A stretch of 63,389 nt of DNA from Heterodontus francisci (lineage: Eukaryota). Position 1 is the stretch's first letter; each line of letters starts with the position of its first letter. Shown one piece after another: positions 37,101 through 48,449 of the stretch. Location: NCBI RefSeq assembly GCF_036365525.1, contig NC_090416.1:16216945-16280333 (forward strand), read 5' to 3'. Under the pieces are notes generated by a model. It was not told where the DNA came from and did not search any database. It saw nothing but the letters and a program-made list of their open reading frames with translations. Made by a program: the position numbers and the translations under genes.

Positions 37101-40100
37101 TGGCAATGGGACCCTAGTTCTTCTTTGAAGAGTAAGAGGTGAGCAGCACCTCTTTGGGGTCCTACAGGGCCATGTTTGGCCATACAGCCCCTCGAATCTA
37201 CTGCACCTTTTGTGGTATCATAGAACAGTTACAGCACAGAAGGGGACCATTCGGCCCATCTGCTCCGTGCTGGTGTTTCTGCTCCACACGAGCCTCCGCC
37301 CACCCCCTCTTCATCCCACCCTATCAGCATATCCTTCTATTCCTTTCTCCCTCATGTGTTTAACCAGCTTCCCCCTTAAAAGTATCTCTGCGATTCCCCT
37401 CAACCACTCCCTGTGGTAGTGAGTTCCACATTCTCACCACGCTCCGGGGAAAGAGGTTTCTCCTGAATTCCCCATTGGATTTATTAGTGACTGTCTTATA
37501 TTGAGAACCCACTAGTTTCAGTCTCGCCCACAAGTGGAAACATAGGAACGGGGGTGGGGGGGGGGGGAGGCGCCATTGAGCCCCTCCAGCCAGTTCCATC
37601 ATTCAGTGAGATTGTGGATGATCTGAGCTGACACCTCTGCCCCTCATCGCTTAATAACAATCTATTAATCTTGGGTTTAAAATGAATCATTGACCCAGTC
37701 CTCATCGCTGTTGGTAGAAGAAACCTCTACCATCCAAATGCCTTAAACACAAAAGTGAAGAGGTATCAGAGTACGACCGCAGTCGATGCAATCGTCACGA
37801 GGTGAGGGAGGGGAGCGCCCAGAGGTGAAGGTGTTTTTTTTTTTAAGTGATTGAATACAAGGCCTGTGGTGCTTGTTGCAGGGGAGGTGTGGTCGGATGA
37901 AGCGATGAATTGTTTTGACTGTCTCACCTACTGCGCCGAGTGGAAGGTTCTCCTCGCCAGGATCTGCAGCTACTCCCAGAGTGGGGACGTCACCAGGCCG
38001 CAGGTGAAGTTGTTCGACCGCACCCGTGACCAGGTAAGGAGTGTCTTTTTCTCCACCCCCCCACCCCTCACCCACAGCAACCCCTCGTGTGGGCCCGCAG
38101 AACTCATTGTTTCAGCCACAGAAGGGTCACCGCCCACAACACACACAACGACCCCCCCGAGAGACCATCACTCTTAGACTGGGAGTTTGTGGGAGCCCCA
38201 GTGGTGATCGACTCTGCCCCCTCCGAATACTCACGGGCGTGCGCTTTGGAGCAGGGATCACGGGTTGGCAGTCATGCAATAGCACAGTTCAGAAGGAGGC
38301 TATTCGGCCCAGCGAGTCTGTGTTGGCTCTTTCAAAGAGTAATCCAGTTAGTCCCCCTCCCCCGCTCTTTCCCCATGCCCCTGTAATTTCTTTCTCCTTC
38401 AAGTATTTATCCAATTTCCTTGTAAAAAGCTAACAAATCTATATCCCCCACCCTATCAGGCAGCACATTCCAAATCCTGACTATTCGTTAGTTTGCCAGT
38501 CGCCTTAAATCTGTGCCCCTCTTGTTATTGACCCTCCTGCCAGTGGAAACAGATTCTCCTTACCTACTCCATCCACACCCTCCCCGACTTTGAATGCCTC
38601 AGTTGCATCTCCTCTTCGCTTTCCTCACTCTAAGCTGTTCAAGTCTCAAGTAGCTAATCCCGCATGGCTGTAACCATTCTAGTAAATCTCTTCTGTACCC
38701 TCTCCAAAGCCTTCGCGTCCTTTCTAAAGTGCGATTCCCAGAATCGGGAGCAGGGAACGCTGCCGACTCCAGCTCCTGCCCTTTCTCTGTAGCTCCGCGA
38801 TGTTGAAGCGAATTCGAGTGCCCGCTTCACTGCTGCAGCTGAGATCCGTGAGCTGCAATCCGTCAGACAGCTGTCTAAAGGCTCTTACATCTCCCGACCT
38901 CTCCCGTCTCCACAGAACCTCGACATTGGGGAAGAGCTAATCCGGCTGGGACACGCGACCCGCTGCCCTCAAACCCCGGGAGCCACGGTCGGAGACGGCC
39001 TGGGCGCGGGCGGAAAATCCACGACGACCACTCTTCAGGCGCTGCTGGTAATGTAAACGTCCCCCGATCCCAATCATCCCAGACTCACGGGTGGATGTAA
39101 AATGTCCCAGGGCGCTGTTGGGAAGGGGAGTTCCGGACCAACCCCTCAACCAACATTGTCCCGTTGCTGTTTGTGGGATCTTGCTGTGTGCTGATTGGCT
39201 GCCAGGTTTCCTACATTACAACAGTGTCTACACTTCGAAAAGTACTTCATTGGCTGTGGGATGTCCTCAGGATGTGAAAGGTGCTATATAAATGCAAATA
39301 TTCCTTTGAGGTTCGTGGGGTAATCAGTTCTTGAAGAGGTGATGGAAGTGTGGTGGATGTGGTGTATAGGGACTTTCAGACGAGTCTTCTCCCATCCCCT
39401 CCTCCTCTTGCCCTATCAACAAGTCCTTCTATTCCTTTCTCCCTCATTTATCCAGCTTCCCTTGCCATTCACCTCAACCACTCCCTGTGGTAGTGAGTTC
39501 CACATTCTCACCACTCTCTGGGTAAAGAAGTTTCTCCTGAATTCCCCCATTGGATTTATTAGTGACAGTCTTGTATTGATAGTCCCTAGTTCTAGTCTCG
39601 CCCGCAAGTGGAAACATCTTCCCTACGTCTGCCCTAGGCCCCTTCGACCAAACCCGTGACCTTTACCACCTAGAAGGACAAGGGCAGCAGATGCGTGGGA
39701 ACACCACCACCTACAAGTTCCCCTCCAAGCCACACACCATCCTGACTTGGAGATATATCGCCGTTCCTTCACTGTCGCTGGGTCAAAATCCTGGAACTCC
39801 CTCCCTAACAGCACTGTGGGTGTACCTACCCCACACGGACTGCAGCGGTTCAAGAAGGCAGCTCACCACCACCTTCTCAAGGGGTAACTAGGGATAGGCA
39901 ATAAATGCTGGCCTGGCCAGCAAGGCCCACATGAACAATTTTTTTTTTAAATCCTAATGAGCCCTTTGATAACGTTCAAGACCTCTATCAGGTCAACCCC
40001 CCCCCCCCCCCCCTCCCCCTCAGCCTTCTCCTTTCTAGAGAAAAGAGCCCCAGCCTGTTCTGTCTTCCTGTTGTTTATAATCTTTCAGTTCTGGGATCAT

Positions 40101-42599
40101 TTTCTGTGAATCTTTTTGCGCCACCTTCGATATCCTTTTATAAAATGGAGGCCAGAGCTGTAGCGAGTTCGTCTGCGGCCTACTAACAGGATGCCTTTGT
40201 TTGGGATTAGAATGACGTGGCTGGAGGACTGGATGGAAGCTTGGTTTCTGAACTGTGTACCAGGAGTCCAGAGGAGCAGCTATCTACCTCTTGGCAGACT
40301 TACTCAGGTAACGTGTGCGCGTGCGTAGGCGAGGCACCCCCGTCAGCTAACTGTGTACGTTCTGTTTTCACCTCTGACCTGCCCACTGCATGGGCGATCC
40401 TGACTGTCTGGTGTCTCTGCATCACCTCACAACCACACACCGCCCCCTCCCCCCTCTCAGGTGGACGTAGAAGACCCCTCGGCCACCGGGGGCACAATTC
40501 TCCCCGGTGCCCTGGGGCCAATATTTATCCCTCAACCAACATCACTAAAAAAAAAAACACACGATCTGGGTCATTATCACTTTGGGAGCTTTCTGTGCGC
40601 AAGTTGGCACTCGTGTTTCTCTGCATTGCATTTTAAAAGTACTTGATGGGCTGCGAAGCCCTGGGACGTCCCGGGATTGTGAAAGGCGCCACAGGAATGC
40701 AAGTCCTTTCTCTTCGCTCTGTAATTTCACTTGTGACGGTTGTTCTTTACGCTCTGGGTCACGGTTTACAATCTCTTCCAAACACCGCCTGCTGTTTCCA
40801 CCCGAGATTGCCTTGCTGATCCCTCACTTGATTGCTTTGTGCGCTCGTCTTATTAACGCGCAAACAGACCGGGGCGGGAGAGCAGGCTGACAGAAACAGG
40901 TTGAATTGTTTGTCCGCTGGTCTTGCTCAGGCTGCAGCGATGAGGTGTTCCAAAGTGTTGTGGACCGCGCTTCCTCTCCCCTCTCAGCCGGCCACAGCAG
41001 CTGGGCGGATCTGCGGTTTAGCCGAGTGAGTGTAGGCGCCACCTCTGTCTCCGCCTGCGACCTCAACTACGTCGGAATCGACATCGGAGGGGCCGTCTGG
41101 CGGGCCTCCAGCCCGGCCGACTCCCTCGTCGCCGCGCCCTCCGGCTGGGCCACCTTTCTCCCGGGCACCGCCAGTTCTGCTGATTACTGCCAGCTTACCC
41201 CGTCCCCCACCTCGCGCCTCGCGACCTTGAGCGACCAGGAGGATGCGGAGGATAGTGTGCTGCTCAGGGTACTGGACTACGCGCTCTCGCCCCCGTCCGT
41301 CGATGACGTCGCCGTCAGGGACACGATCGGTTCCGTCACCTTCAGCTTCTCCGACAGCAGGGACGCGGACCGGAGTGGCAGCGAGACGGGTAAGTGAGCT
41401 GAGATGGGTGGAGGAGCACAGTCACATGGGAGCACGGGGCTGGAGGAGTAACTGCAGGTGAGGCACGACAGCCCGACCCAGAGTGTGGGCATGTGCACAC
41501 CAGTGTGATAAAACACGGCTGCGTGGCACAAGGTGGCGGATAATGCACTGCGGCTGCACGTAGGCTGAGGGGAACCATAGAGTGGGTCGATGCCTTCAGC
41601 AAGTACGGGAACACGAGAGAGCTGGGGAACCACTTGAGCAATTGGGGACACAGTGAATTACCCATCACCTTACCTTCCCATCCTTTACCCTGTTGCTCAC
41701 TTTCCCCTTGTCTCCCAACACTCCACTGTCAGGGTGTCCACCTGCAAAAGGAATGAAGTCTCTCTTTCATGCTGTCCATCTCTCGCTGTATTTCTCTTCA
41801 CACTCTCTTCCGCCCATTCTATCATCTTTCTCCCATTCTCCCCATCTCTTCCCTTTTGCGCTGTCCCTTTTCTCTGTCTGTCTCTCTCTCGCTGTCTGTC
41901 TGTCTCTCTCTCGCTGTCTGTCTGTCTCTCTCTCGCTGCCTGTCTGTCTCCCTCTCGCTGCCTGTCTGTCTCCTCTCATATCTGCTTGCAGCTGGTTATT
42001 CAGCACCATGGACAGTGCACTGTGAGCAGTAAAGTTTGGTCCCGTCCCCTGTGGCGAATGGTGAAAAGCAGAGAAAGGGAGACAGATATTTTATAGAGGA
42101 CAAAAACCCTGTGTTGTTTGCACCATGTCACAAAGCGTTGTATTGCGGGGAGGGTATTACTGTGGTGGGTGGGGGGTGGGGGGGAGGTTTCATGCTCTGC
42201 GCGATGTCTCTGGATCCACACTTTACACTGAGTCTGAGAGCGTGAGCGACAAGGGAACTGATCAGCACCGAAATCTGATTGTGCACCAATCATCGGACTT
42301 TACTGAGCAGCAGAGTGTCCTGGGGTTGCGGGCAGGAAGCTGTGCTCATCCACAGGATAACACCAGCAGCCCCCTTCTGAAGGGCAGGTAAATGTGTGTG
42401 GAATGGGTGAGAGAGCATGTTACATTTATATTCCTTACGCTGCCCCCCTCTCTCTGGTGTTGCCCGGTTTCCAGCTGTCTGGCAGGTAGACTGTTTTCCA
42501 CAACTCCAGTCCTCATGGCCTGTGTATTTGTTATCTGTTGCAGAACCCTCCCTCTATGGCAGCGAAGGGGTGCTCATGGTCAAGGATGAGTTTTTATAG
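25060..42599 (+). CDS. TDRKH: Tudor and KH domain-containing protein (TDRKH/TDRD2). Exons: 25060-25183, 25773-25879, 27555-27762, 28776-28918, 30511-30820, 32096-32262, 33923-34095, 36946-37010, 37882-38033, 38916-39047, 40211-40307, [40931-41389], 42544-42599. 577 aa without and 730 aa with the bracketed exon
   Basis: N-terminal TM anchor (GVPASAVVVYILYRRFRESR), two KH domains (IIGRQG, IIGRGG) and an extended Tudor domain (EVYVSASENPNHFWIQ, WYRARV, YVDYGD, SLPFQAVEC). All GT-AG with matching phases; colinear with human TDRKH as recalled. Confidence 0.96.
25773..25879 (+). CDS. TDRKH: TDRKH exon, KH1 start
   Basis: MRVPRDAVKIIIGRQGSTIKQ. Confidence 0.95.
26340..27470 (+). mobile_element. Young 5'-truncated CR1/HER1 LINE in a TDRKH intron
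   Basis: Long open RT C-terminus (SGVPQGSVLGPLLF, FADDTK, RPHLEYCVQFWSP) with a (tgttcta)n tail. Confidence 0.95.
27555..27762 (+). CDS. TDRKH: TDRKH exon, KH1 end and KH2 start
   Basis: LRKETGARIEV...PVQVCKAKVAIHQ...VPHRAVGRII. Confidence 0.95.
27855..28240 (-). mobile_element. SacSINE1/Deu-like SINE with a single, unexpanded 33-bp segment
   Basis: Reverse of tRNA head, ccgacagtgcggcgctctctcagt and tail ttgcatttctatagcgcc. Confidence 0.7.
28297..28705 (+). mobile_element. CR1-type LINE 3' fragment
   Basis: ggattgttcacctgagagcagagacggttaagggga...; tail gatgggccgaatggcc. Confidence 0.75.
28776..28918 (+). CDS. TDRKH: TDRKH exon, KH2
   Basis: GRGGESIREICRTTGAKIVC...KISGTKQEVASAR. Confidence 0.95.
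29100..29907 (-). mobile_element. Probable solo LTR (808 bp) inserted in a LINE fragment
   Basis: TG...CA ends with an imperfect inverted repeat; the flanks rejoin a LINE; minus-strand order CCAAT, TATA-like, AATAAA. Confidence 0.7.
30511..30820 (+). CDS. TDRKH: TDRKH exon, KH2 end plus linker
   Basis: ALIVAKVEEEETFRQKLA...RKHPIG...SKFE. Confidence 0.92.
30848..31053. repeat. 42-bp minisatellite, ~5 copies
   Basis: GGGAGGAGGCCATTCAGCCCCTCGAGCCTGTTACACAGGAAY. Confidence 0.95.
32096..32262 (+). CDS. TDRKH: TDRKH exon, extended Tudor N-part
   Basis: IPSPDFSFLPDEHLEVYVSASENPNHFWIQILGSRCLQLD. Confidence 0.95.
32432..33860 (+). mobile_element. SacSINE1/Deu-like SINE with an internal 33-bp array
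   Basis: tRNA-like head 32432-32530, array, then Deu domain and tail (...ttaaactgaggccc...ggatgtaaaagatccc...gtgaaaggtgctatagaaatgcaag). Confidence 0.8.
32533..33512. repeat. 33-bp CpG-rich minisatellite, ~29 copies
   Basis: CAGTGCTGAGGGAGCGCCGCGCTGTCGGAGGGT. Confidence 0.97.
33923..34095 (+). CDS. TDRKH: TDRKH exon, Tudor core
   Basis: GDIVAAPFQGDSSWYRARVL...LYYVDYGDNG. Confidence 0.96.
34535..36097 (+). mobile_element. CR1 LINE, RT region to 3' tail
   Basis: KSPGPDEMYPRLL, NYRPVSLTSVVGK, YMDFSKAFDKVPH, GVPQGSVLG; few disablements. Confidence 0.93.
36310..36867 (+). mobile_element. CR1 LINE ORF2 internal fragment
   Basis: LLSEHFASVFTKE...KAPGPDEMHPRIL. Confidence 0.85.
36946..37010 (+). 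CDS. TDRKH: TDRKH exon
   Basis: TDFLSLPFQAVECSLDEIQPV. Confidence 0.93.
37882..38033 (+). CDS. TDRKH: TDRKH exon
   Basis: WSDEAMNCFDCLTYCAEWKVLLARICSY. Confidence 0.93.
38916..39047 (+). CDS. TDRKH: TDRKH exon
   Basis: NLDIGEELIRLGHA; cacag/gtaatg boundaries. Confidence 0.9.
40211..40307 (+). CDS. TDRKH: TDRKH exon
   Basis: NDVAGGLDGSLVSEL...QTYS; ttag/gtaacg boundaries, phase 0 to 1. Confidence 0.75.
40931..41389 (+). CDS. TDRKH: TDRKH extra Ser/Asp-rich exon (459 bp, phase 1-1, probably a cassette)
   Basis: ctcag acceptor, gtaagt donor; open for 153 codons; GC3-rich like the other exons. Confidence 0.7.
42544..42599 (+). CDS. TDRKH: TDRKH terminal coding exon (EPSLYGSEGVLMVKDEFL*)
   Basis: ttgcag acceptor, phase 1; length and acidic/hydrophobic end resemble the human C-terminus (...EDDYLL, recalled). 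Confidence 0.7.
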
Positions 42600-44304
42600 G
42601 AGTGCGGCCAGTCACTCAGTCCCGGGTACGTGTCCGTGTCCGTCTCTGTCTCTTGATCGGGGGCAGGGGGGAGAAATCTGTACCCACGAGGTAATATTTA
42701 TTTACTTGAATTTGTTCCTGCGTTCAGTGCGTTTCAACGAGGTGCGAATTAGTGAGTGAGCACAGAACAGTCTCTCCAAATAACCGTGATCCCTGGGACC
42801 ATTCCGGTAAATCTCCCTCTCCAAGGCCTGGACGTCCTTCCTAAAGTGTGGGGCCCAGAATTGGACCCATTCCTCCAGCTGGGGCCCAACTAGCTTTTTC
42901 CGTAACTAACTTCCTGACTTTTCCGCTCAATATGCCTGTACGTATAAAGCCGAGGATTCCCTCTGCTTCCTTAACTGCTTTGTCCAACTCCCTTCTCAGA
43001 TTGGACTTGTGATAAATTAACAACCACTCCCCCCGGATATTATCCTGGTTTCCTCCCCCCCCCCGTGTTGACGCCAGGACTTCAATAGTGTGTCTGGTTC
43101 TTACTTGCTGATGATGCATAATTACAGGTGAATAACTCACTGTCACTGTTTGTCCACACACTGGGCACTTGGGAGAGGTACTGAACGGGCGAGAAGGGAG
43201 GAGGTAAATTTTAAACTCCTGATCCGAATGAATGTTCTGAACTTGTATTTATATAGCACCTTAACATAGTAAAAAGCCCCAAGCCGCGTTAATCAGACAA
43301 TGTTTGACCCCGAGCCACATCAAGAGATATTAGGGGACGGGCGACCAAAAGCTCGGTCCAAGAGGTCGGTTTTAAGGAGCGTCTTAAAGGAGGAGAGAGA
43401 GAGAGAGAGAGAGGCGGAGAGGTTTAGGGAGGGAATTCCAGAGCTTAGGGCCCCCCGGTCAGCTGAAGGCACGGCCGCCAATGGTGGAGCGATGGGAATC
43501 GGGGGGGGATGCGCGAGAGGCCGGAATTGGAGGAGCGCAGAGATCTCGGAGGGTTGTCGGGGCTGGAGGAGGGTGCCGAGATGGGGAGGAGGTGAGGGCC
43601 ATGGAGGGGATTTGAAAACAAGGGATGAGAATTTTAAATTGGAGGTGTTGCCGGACCGGGAGCCGGCGTAGGTCAGCGAGCACGGGGGGGGGGGGGGGGG
43701 GGTGGTGACGGGTGAACGGGACTCGGTGCGAATTAGGACACGGGGGCAGCAGAGTTTTTGTTTAACGGATGGTTTTGTTCCTCACAGGTTTGTGTGACAG
43801 AGCCACAAAAGGACGGATATCAGCAATCACTACATCGCCTGAAAATTACTTGAATGTACAGTTCAGACCAGAACAGTGTTGGGAGTTTAATTATTTTGTT
43901 TGTTTTAAAAGCCTTAAATCTGAGCAGCCTCTGCAAGGCTGGAGGCAGTAGAGGTTGTTCACTGGGAAGGATAGTGGGACGGGGGCTGCAACACGCACAT
44001 TTCCATCGTACACACAAACACAAACCCTTCCTTCCCCCCTCCGCCAGGATTACTCCCATGTTTTCGGTTGTAAAAAAACACTCGGATTGTTTTACATTAA
44101 TAACTTTGTACAAAAATGATTTTATATTCGAAAATATATCTCCCACTCGCCCTGCCCCATCGCTCTGAGATTAAACATCGCACTAAAGCTGCGTGGGCCA
44201 CAGTGTCATCAGCTTGATGATTCCTTGTCTGCTGATTTTAGCAGGGTTGTGGTTATCCTCAGCGCAGCTGGAGACAGAGGGGGTGAGAAAATCCACCACT
44301 GCTG

Positions 44305-44625
44305 ATCTGTCTCTCTCTCCCGCTCTCTCCGTCTCTCCCGCTCTCTCCGTCTCTCCCGCTCTCTCAGTCTATCCCGCTCTCTCCGTCTCTCCCGCTCTCT
44401 CCGTCTCTCCCGCTCTCTCCGTCTCTCCCGCTCTCTCCGTCTCTCCCGCTCTCTCCGTCTCTCCCGCTCTCTCCGTCTCTCCCGCTCTCTCCGTCTCTCC
44501 CGCTCTCTCCGTCTCTCCCGCTCTCTCCGTCTCTCCCGCTCTCTCCGTCTCTCCCGCTCTCTCCGTCTCTCCCGCTCTCTCCGTCTCTCCCGCTCTCTCC
44601 GTCTCTCCCGCTCTCTCCGTCTCCC
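44305..44625. repeat. 18-bp pyrimidine-rich repeat (~17 copies) in the probable TDRKH 3' UTR
   Basis: TCTCTCCCGCTCTCTCCG tandem. Confidence 0.95.
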
Positions 44626-45036
44626 CCCCCCATTTTCGTCCTGTCCCAGTCTCATTCTCTCTGTCTGACCTATTGTGTATCTCCTGCTGGAATGTATGTG
44701 CAGGTAGATGTCTCATATCTCAGGAGCCGGCTTCGGCTGTGGCACCTTTCACAGTCGAATAGCTCACGCGTTAAGATTGGCGACTTGGGCGGGAGACCAG
44801 CGAGAGCTCGGTGCCTGGGGAACCTGCATAGCCCAGCAACTGTCGGGAGAAATTAGCCTGGGAGATTTAATTTGCAATTACGAAGCATTAAGCAGCGTTC
44901 CCCATGGGAAAAGCCAGTCATTCCCAGGGCACATCTCCCAACAGTTCAGCAGTACTGGTGACAAGTTGACTTTTACCAAACCCACCCTGCCCAGCTTTTT
45001 CTTTACCCAATTCCGTGTTTGATGAAACGACTGTGC

Positions 45037-45071
45037 AATAAATAGAAAAACTGGAATAAACTGATATTAAA
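45037..45071 (+). terminator. Cluster of polyadenylation signals, probable TDRKH 3' end
   Basis: AATAAA at 45037 and 45055, ATTAAA at 45066. Confidence 0.55.
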
Positions 45072-45159
45072 GCTTGTTGACATTTGCAAATGCCTTTTCC
45101 CACGACTCACTTTCTTCATTCATTCGCTGGGCTGATATTCAAATGACGAAGAAAGGACT

Positions 45160-45430
45160 TTCATTTCTGTAGCGCCTTTCACATCCTCAGGCTGTCCAGA
45201 AGTTCTGTTGAAGTGTAGTCACTGTTGTAGGAAACGCAGCAGCCGATTTGTGCACAGCAAGCTCCCACAGACAGCAGTGACATCATCTGTTTTTAGTGAT
45301 GTTGGTTGAGGGACAAATATTGGTCCCCAGGATACGGGGGAGAACTCTCTCCGCCCCCAACCCGTCTCCTCTTCCAGTAGTGGCCGGGGGTTGTTTACAT
45401 CCACCAGAGTGGGGCTTCCAAAAGATGGCA
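45160..45430 (-). mobile_element. SacSINE1/Deu-like SINE 3' part, leading into the 33-bp array
   Basis: Reverse complement of Deu domain and tail (..aaaagatggcacctccgacagt). Confidence 0.75.
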
Positions 45431-47105
45431 CCTCCGACAGTACAGCCCTCCCTCAGTATTGTTCCTCTGACAGTGCGGCACTCCCTCAGTATTGTTCCTC
45501 TGACAGTGCGGCACTCCCTCAGTACTGATCCTCCGACAGTGCGGCACTCCCTCAGTGCTGATCCTCCGACAGTGCGGCACTCCCTCAGTGCTGTTCCTCC
45601 GACAGTGCGGCACTCCCTCAGTGCTGTTCCTCCGACAGTGCGGCACTCCCTCAGTGCTGTTCCTCCGACAGTGCGGCACTCCCTCAGTGCTGTTCCTCCG
45701 ACAGTGCGGCACTCCCTCAGTGCTGTTCCTCCGACAGTGCGGCACTCCCTCAGTGCTGTTCCTCCGACAGTGCGGCACTCCCTCAGTGCTGTTCCTCCGA
45801 CAGTGCGGCACTCCCTCAGTGCTGTTCCTCCGACAGTGCGGCACTCCCTCAGTGCTGTTCCTCCGACAGTGCGGCACTCCCTCAGTGCTGTTCCTCCGAC
45901 AGTGCGGCACTCCCTCAGTGCTGTTCCTCCGACAGTGCGGCACTCCCTCAGTGCTGTTCCTCCGACAGTGCGGCACTCCCTCAGTGCTGTTCCTCCGACA
46001 GTGCGGCACTCCCTCAGTGCTGTTCCTCCGACAGTGCGGCACTCCCTCAGTGCTGTTCCTCCGACCGTGCGGCACTCCCTCAGTGCTGTTCCTCCGACCG
46101 TGCGGCACTCCCTCAGTGCTGTTCCTCCGACCGTGCGGCACTCCCTCAGTGCTGTTCCTCCGACCGTGCGGCACTCCCTCAGTGCTGTTCCTCCGACCGT
46201 GCGGCACTCCCTCAGTGCTGTTCCTCCGACAGCGCGGCACTCCCTCAGTGCTGTTCCTCCGACAGCGCGGCACTCCCTCAGTGCTGTTCCTCCGACAGCG
46301 CGGCACTCCCTCAGTGCTGTTCCTCCGACAGCGCGGCACTCCCTCAGTGCTGTTCCTCCGACAGCGCGGCACTCCCTCAGTGCTGTTCCTCCGACAGCGC
46401 GGCACTCCCTCAGTGCTGTTCCTCCGACAGCGCGGCACTCCCTCAGTGCTGTTCCTCCGACAGCGCGGCACTCCCTCAGTGCTGTTCCTCCGACAGCGCG
46501 GCACTCCCTCAGTGCTGTTCCTCCGACAGCGCGGCACTCCCTCAGTGCTGTTCCTCCGACAGCGCGGCACTCCCTCAGTGCTGTTCCTCCGACAGCGCGG
46601 CACTCCCTCAGTGCTGTTCCTCCGACAGCGCGGCACTCCCTCAGTGCTGTTCCTCCGACAGCGCGGCACTCCCTCAGTGCTGTTCCTCCGACAGCGCGGC
46701 ACTCCCTCAGTGCTGTTCCTCCGACAGCGCGGCACTCCCTCAGTGCTGTTCCTCCGACAGCGCGGCACTCCCTCAGTGCTGTTCCTCCGACAGCGCGGCA
46801 CTCCCTCAGTGCTGTTCCTCCGACAGCGCGGCACTCCCTCAGTGCTGTTCCTCCGACAGCGCGGCACTCCCTCAGTGCTGTTCCTCCGACAGCGCGGCAC
46901 TCCCTCAGTGCTGTTCCTCCGACAGCGCGGCACTCCCTCAGTGCTGTTCCTCCGACAGCGCGGCACTCCCTCCGTGCTGTTCCTCCGACAGCGCGGCACT
47001 CCCTCCGTGCTGTTCCTCCGACAGCGCGGCACTCCCTCCGTGCTGTTCCTCCGACAGCGCGGCACTCCCTCCGTGCTGTTCCGCCGACAGCGCGGCACTC
47101 CCTCA
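45430..47105. repeat. 33-bp minisatellite, ~51 copies, opposite orientation to the 32.5-kb array
   Basis: CCTCCGACAGTGCGGCACTCCCTCAGTGCTGTT. Confidence 0.97.
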
Positions 47106-47119
47106 GGGATTATAGATAT

Positions 47120-47507
47120 GGGGAGGCAGTGGCGTAATGGTCGTGTGAATGAACTGGGCAGAGGCCTGGGCTGATGTCCGAGGGACATGGGTTCAAATCC
47201 CACCACAGCAGCTGGTGGAATCTAAATGCAGTTAATTCATGAAAATCTGGAATCGAGAGCCATGAAACTATCATCAATTGTCATAAAAACCCATCTGGTT
47301 CACTAATGTCCCTGAGGGAAGGAAATCTGCTGTCCTTACCCGGTCTGGCCTCCATGTGACTCCAGACCCACAGCAATGTGGTTGACTCTTAACTGCCCTC
47401 CGGAATGGCCCAACAAGACGTTCAGTTGTCCAGGACAATTCGGGATGGGCAACAAATGCTGGCCTTGCCAACGACGCCCACATCCCACAAAAGAATTGTT
47501 TAAAAAT
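47120..47507 (+). mobile_element. tRNA-derived SINE with a LINE-derived tail (further copy at ~60990-61425, minus strand)
   Basis: A/B-box-like gcagtggcgtaatgg / ggttcaaatccc; tail gggatgggcaacaaatgctggcc...cacatccc. Confidence 0.75.
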
Positions 47508-48221
47508 GGATTCTGTGGCTGACACTGCAAATCCCACGTAGCCTTGTGCTGTAGCAAATTCTTTTAAGCTGCACCAGCTGCCCTCTTCCTGTACTGTTCC
47601 CTGGCTCTAGTTTGTGTTCCAAACCCAGGGGGCCCCAGGAGATAAGGCATAGCGTTTTTACAGTTTAAAAACCGCAGTGCCTTTGAGAGGTATGGGGCCC
47701 TTCCTGTGTAATGCCAGGAGGGATATTTTAAAATCGGAGGGTGTTATGGTTTGCGGTTTGTAAACCCAGCCCTCCCTGTCCATTTTTAGACTGAGTAGGT
47801 GGACTCGAGCTGTATTCTCAGCTGTAATCCGCCATTTCCATGTGCGCAGGATCCCCAGTGATACCTTTACTCTCTCCCACGCTGCTAATTTCCCTTTGCA
47901 TTATCTCTGCCTTCACTTCAAGTTCAAGGGGTTATGAATATACCAGATTAATGGGGAGGAAAGGACCAGCCGAGTGTTGTCTATAAAGACACTTGCCTTT
48001 ATGATGTGATCTCTGCCCCAGTCAGGAATCAGTCAAGCTCCCTCTTAATGAACAGTGTTGGCACCCACCACACCAGCCGGCAATATATTCCAGAGGTTCA
48101 TCGTTCTCTGGGAAGTGAAGAATCACCCGACATCCAGTCTATTCCGACTCTTACACAGTTTAAACCCACGTCTCCTGGTCCTCGCCAATCTGTTAAACTG
48201 GAATAATCTGTCAATAGGGAT

Positions 48222-48372
48222 GCTATCTGGCACAATGCCACTGGTGTGTAGGTGCCTATGCCTTTAAGGTATCTGGCACACTGCCACTGGTGTGTAGGTG
48301 CCTATGCCTTTAAGGTATCTGGCACACTGCCACTGTGTGTAGGTGCCTATGCCTTTAAGGTATGTGGCACAC
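48222..48372. repeat. 46-bp tandem repeat, ~3 copies
   Basis: TATCTGGCACACTGCCACTGGTGTGTAGGTGCCTATGCCTTTAAGG. Confidence 0.9.
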
Positions 48373-48449
48373 AGAGGTCCTTGAAATACTACAAGTGAAC
48401 AGATGGTGGCACCAGCATAACACAAACGATTGCAGTGGGATTAAACCTG

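Noticed and set aside
42100-42108. Perfect RSS nonamer ACAAAAACC in TDRKH
   Set aside because: No CAC heptamer at 12- or 23-bp spacing.
44193-44762. ORF with a signal-peptide-like start followed by (SVSPAL)n
   Set aside because: Most of its length is an 18-bp repeat in the probable TDRKH 3' UTR; no promoter or homology support.
45296-47206. 539-613 aa ORFs on both strands (also 32517-33560, 7972-8919, 9276-9863, 62628-63154)
   Set aside because: Translations of stop-free tandem repeats whose unit length is divisible by 3; no domain content.
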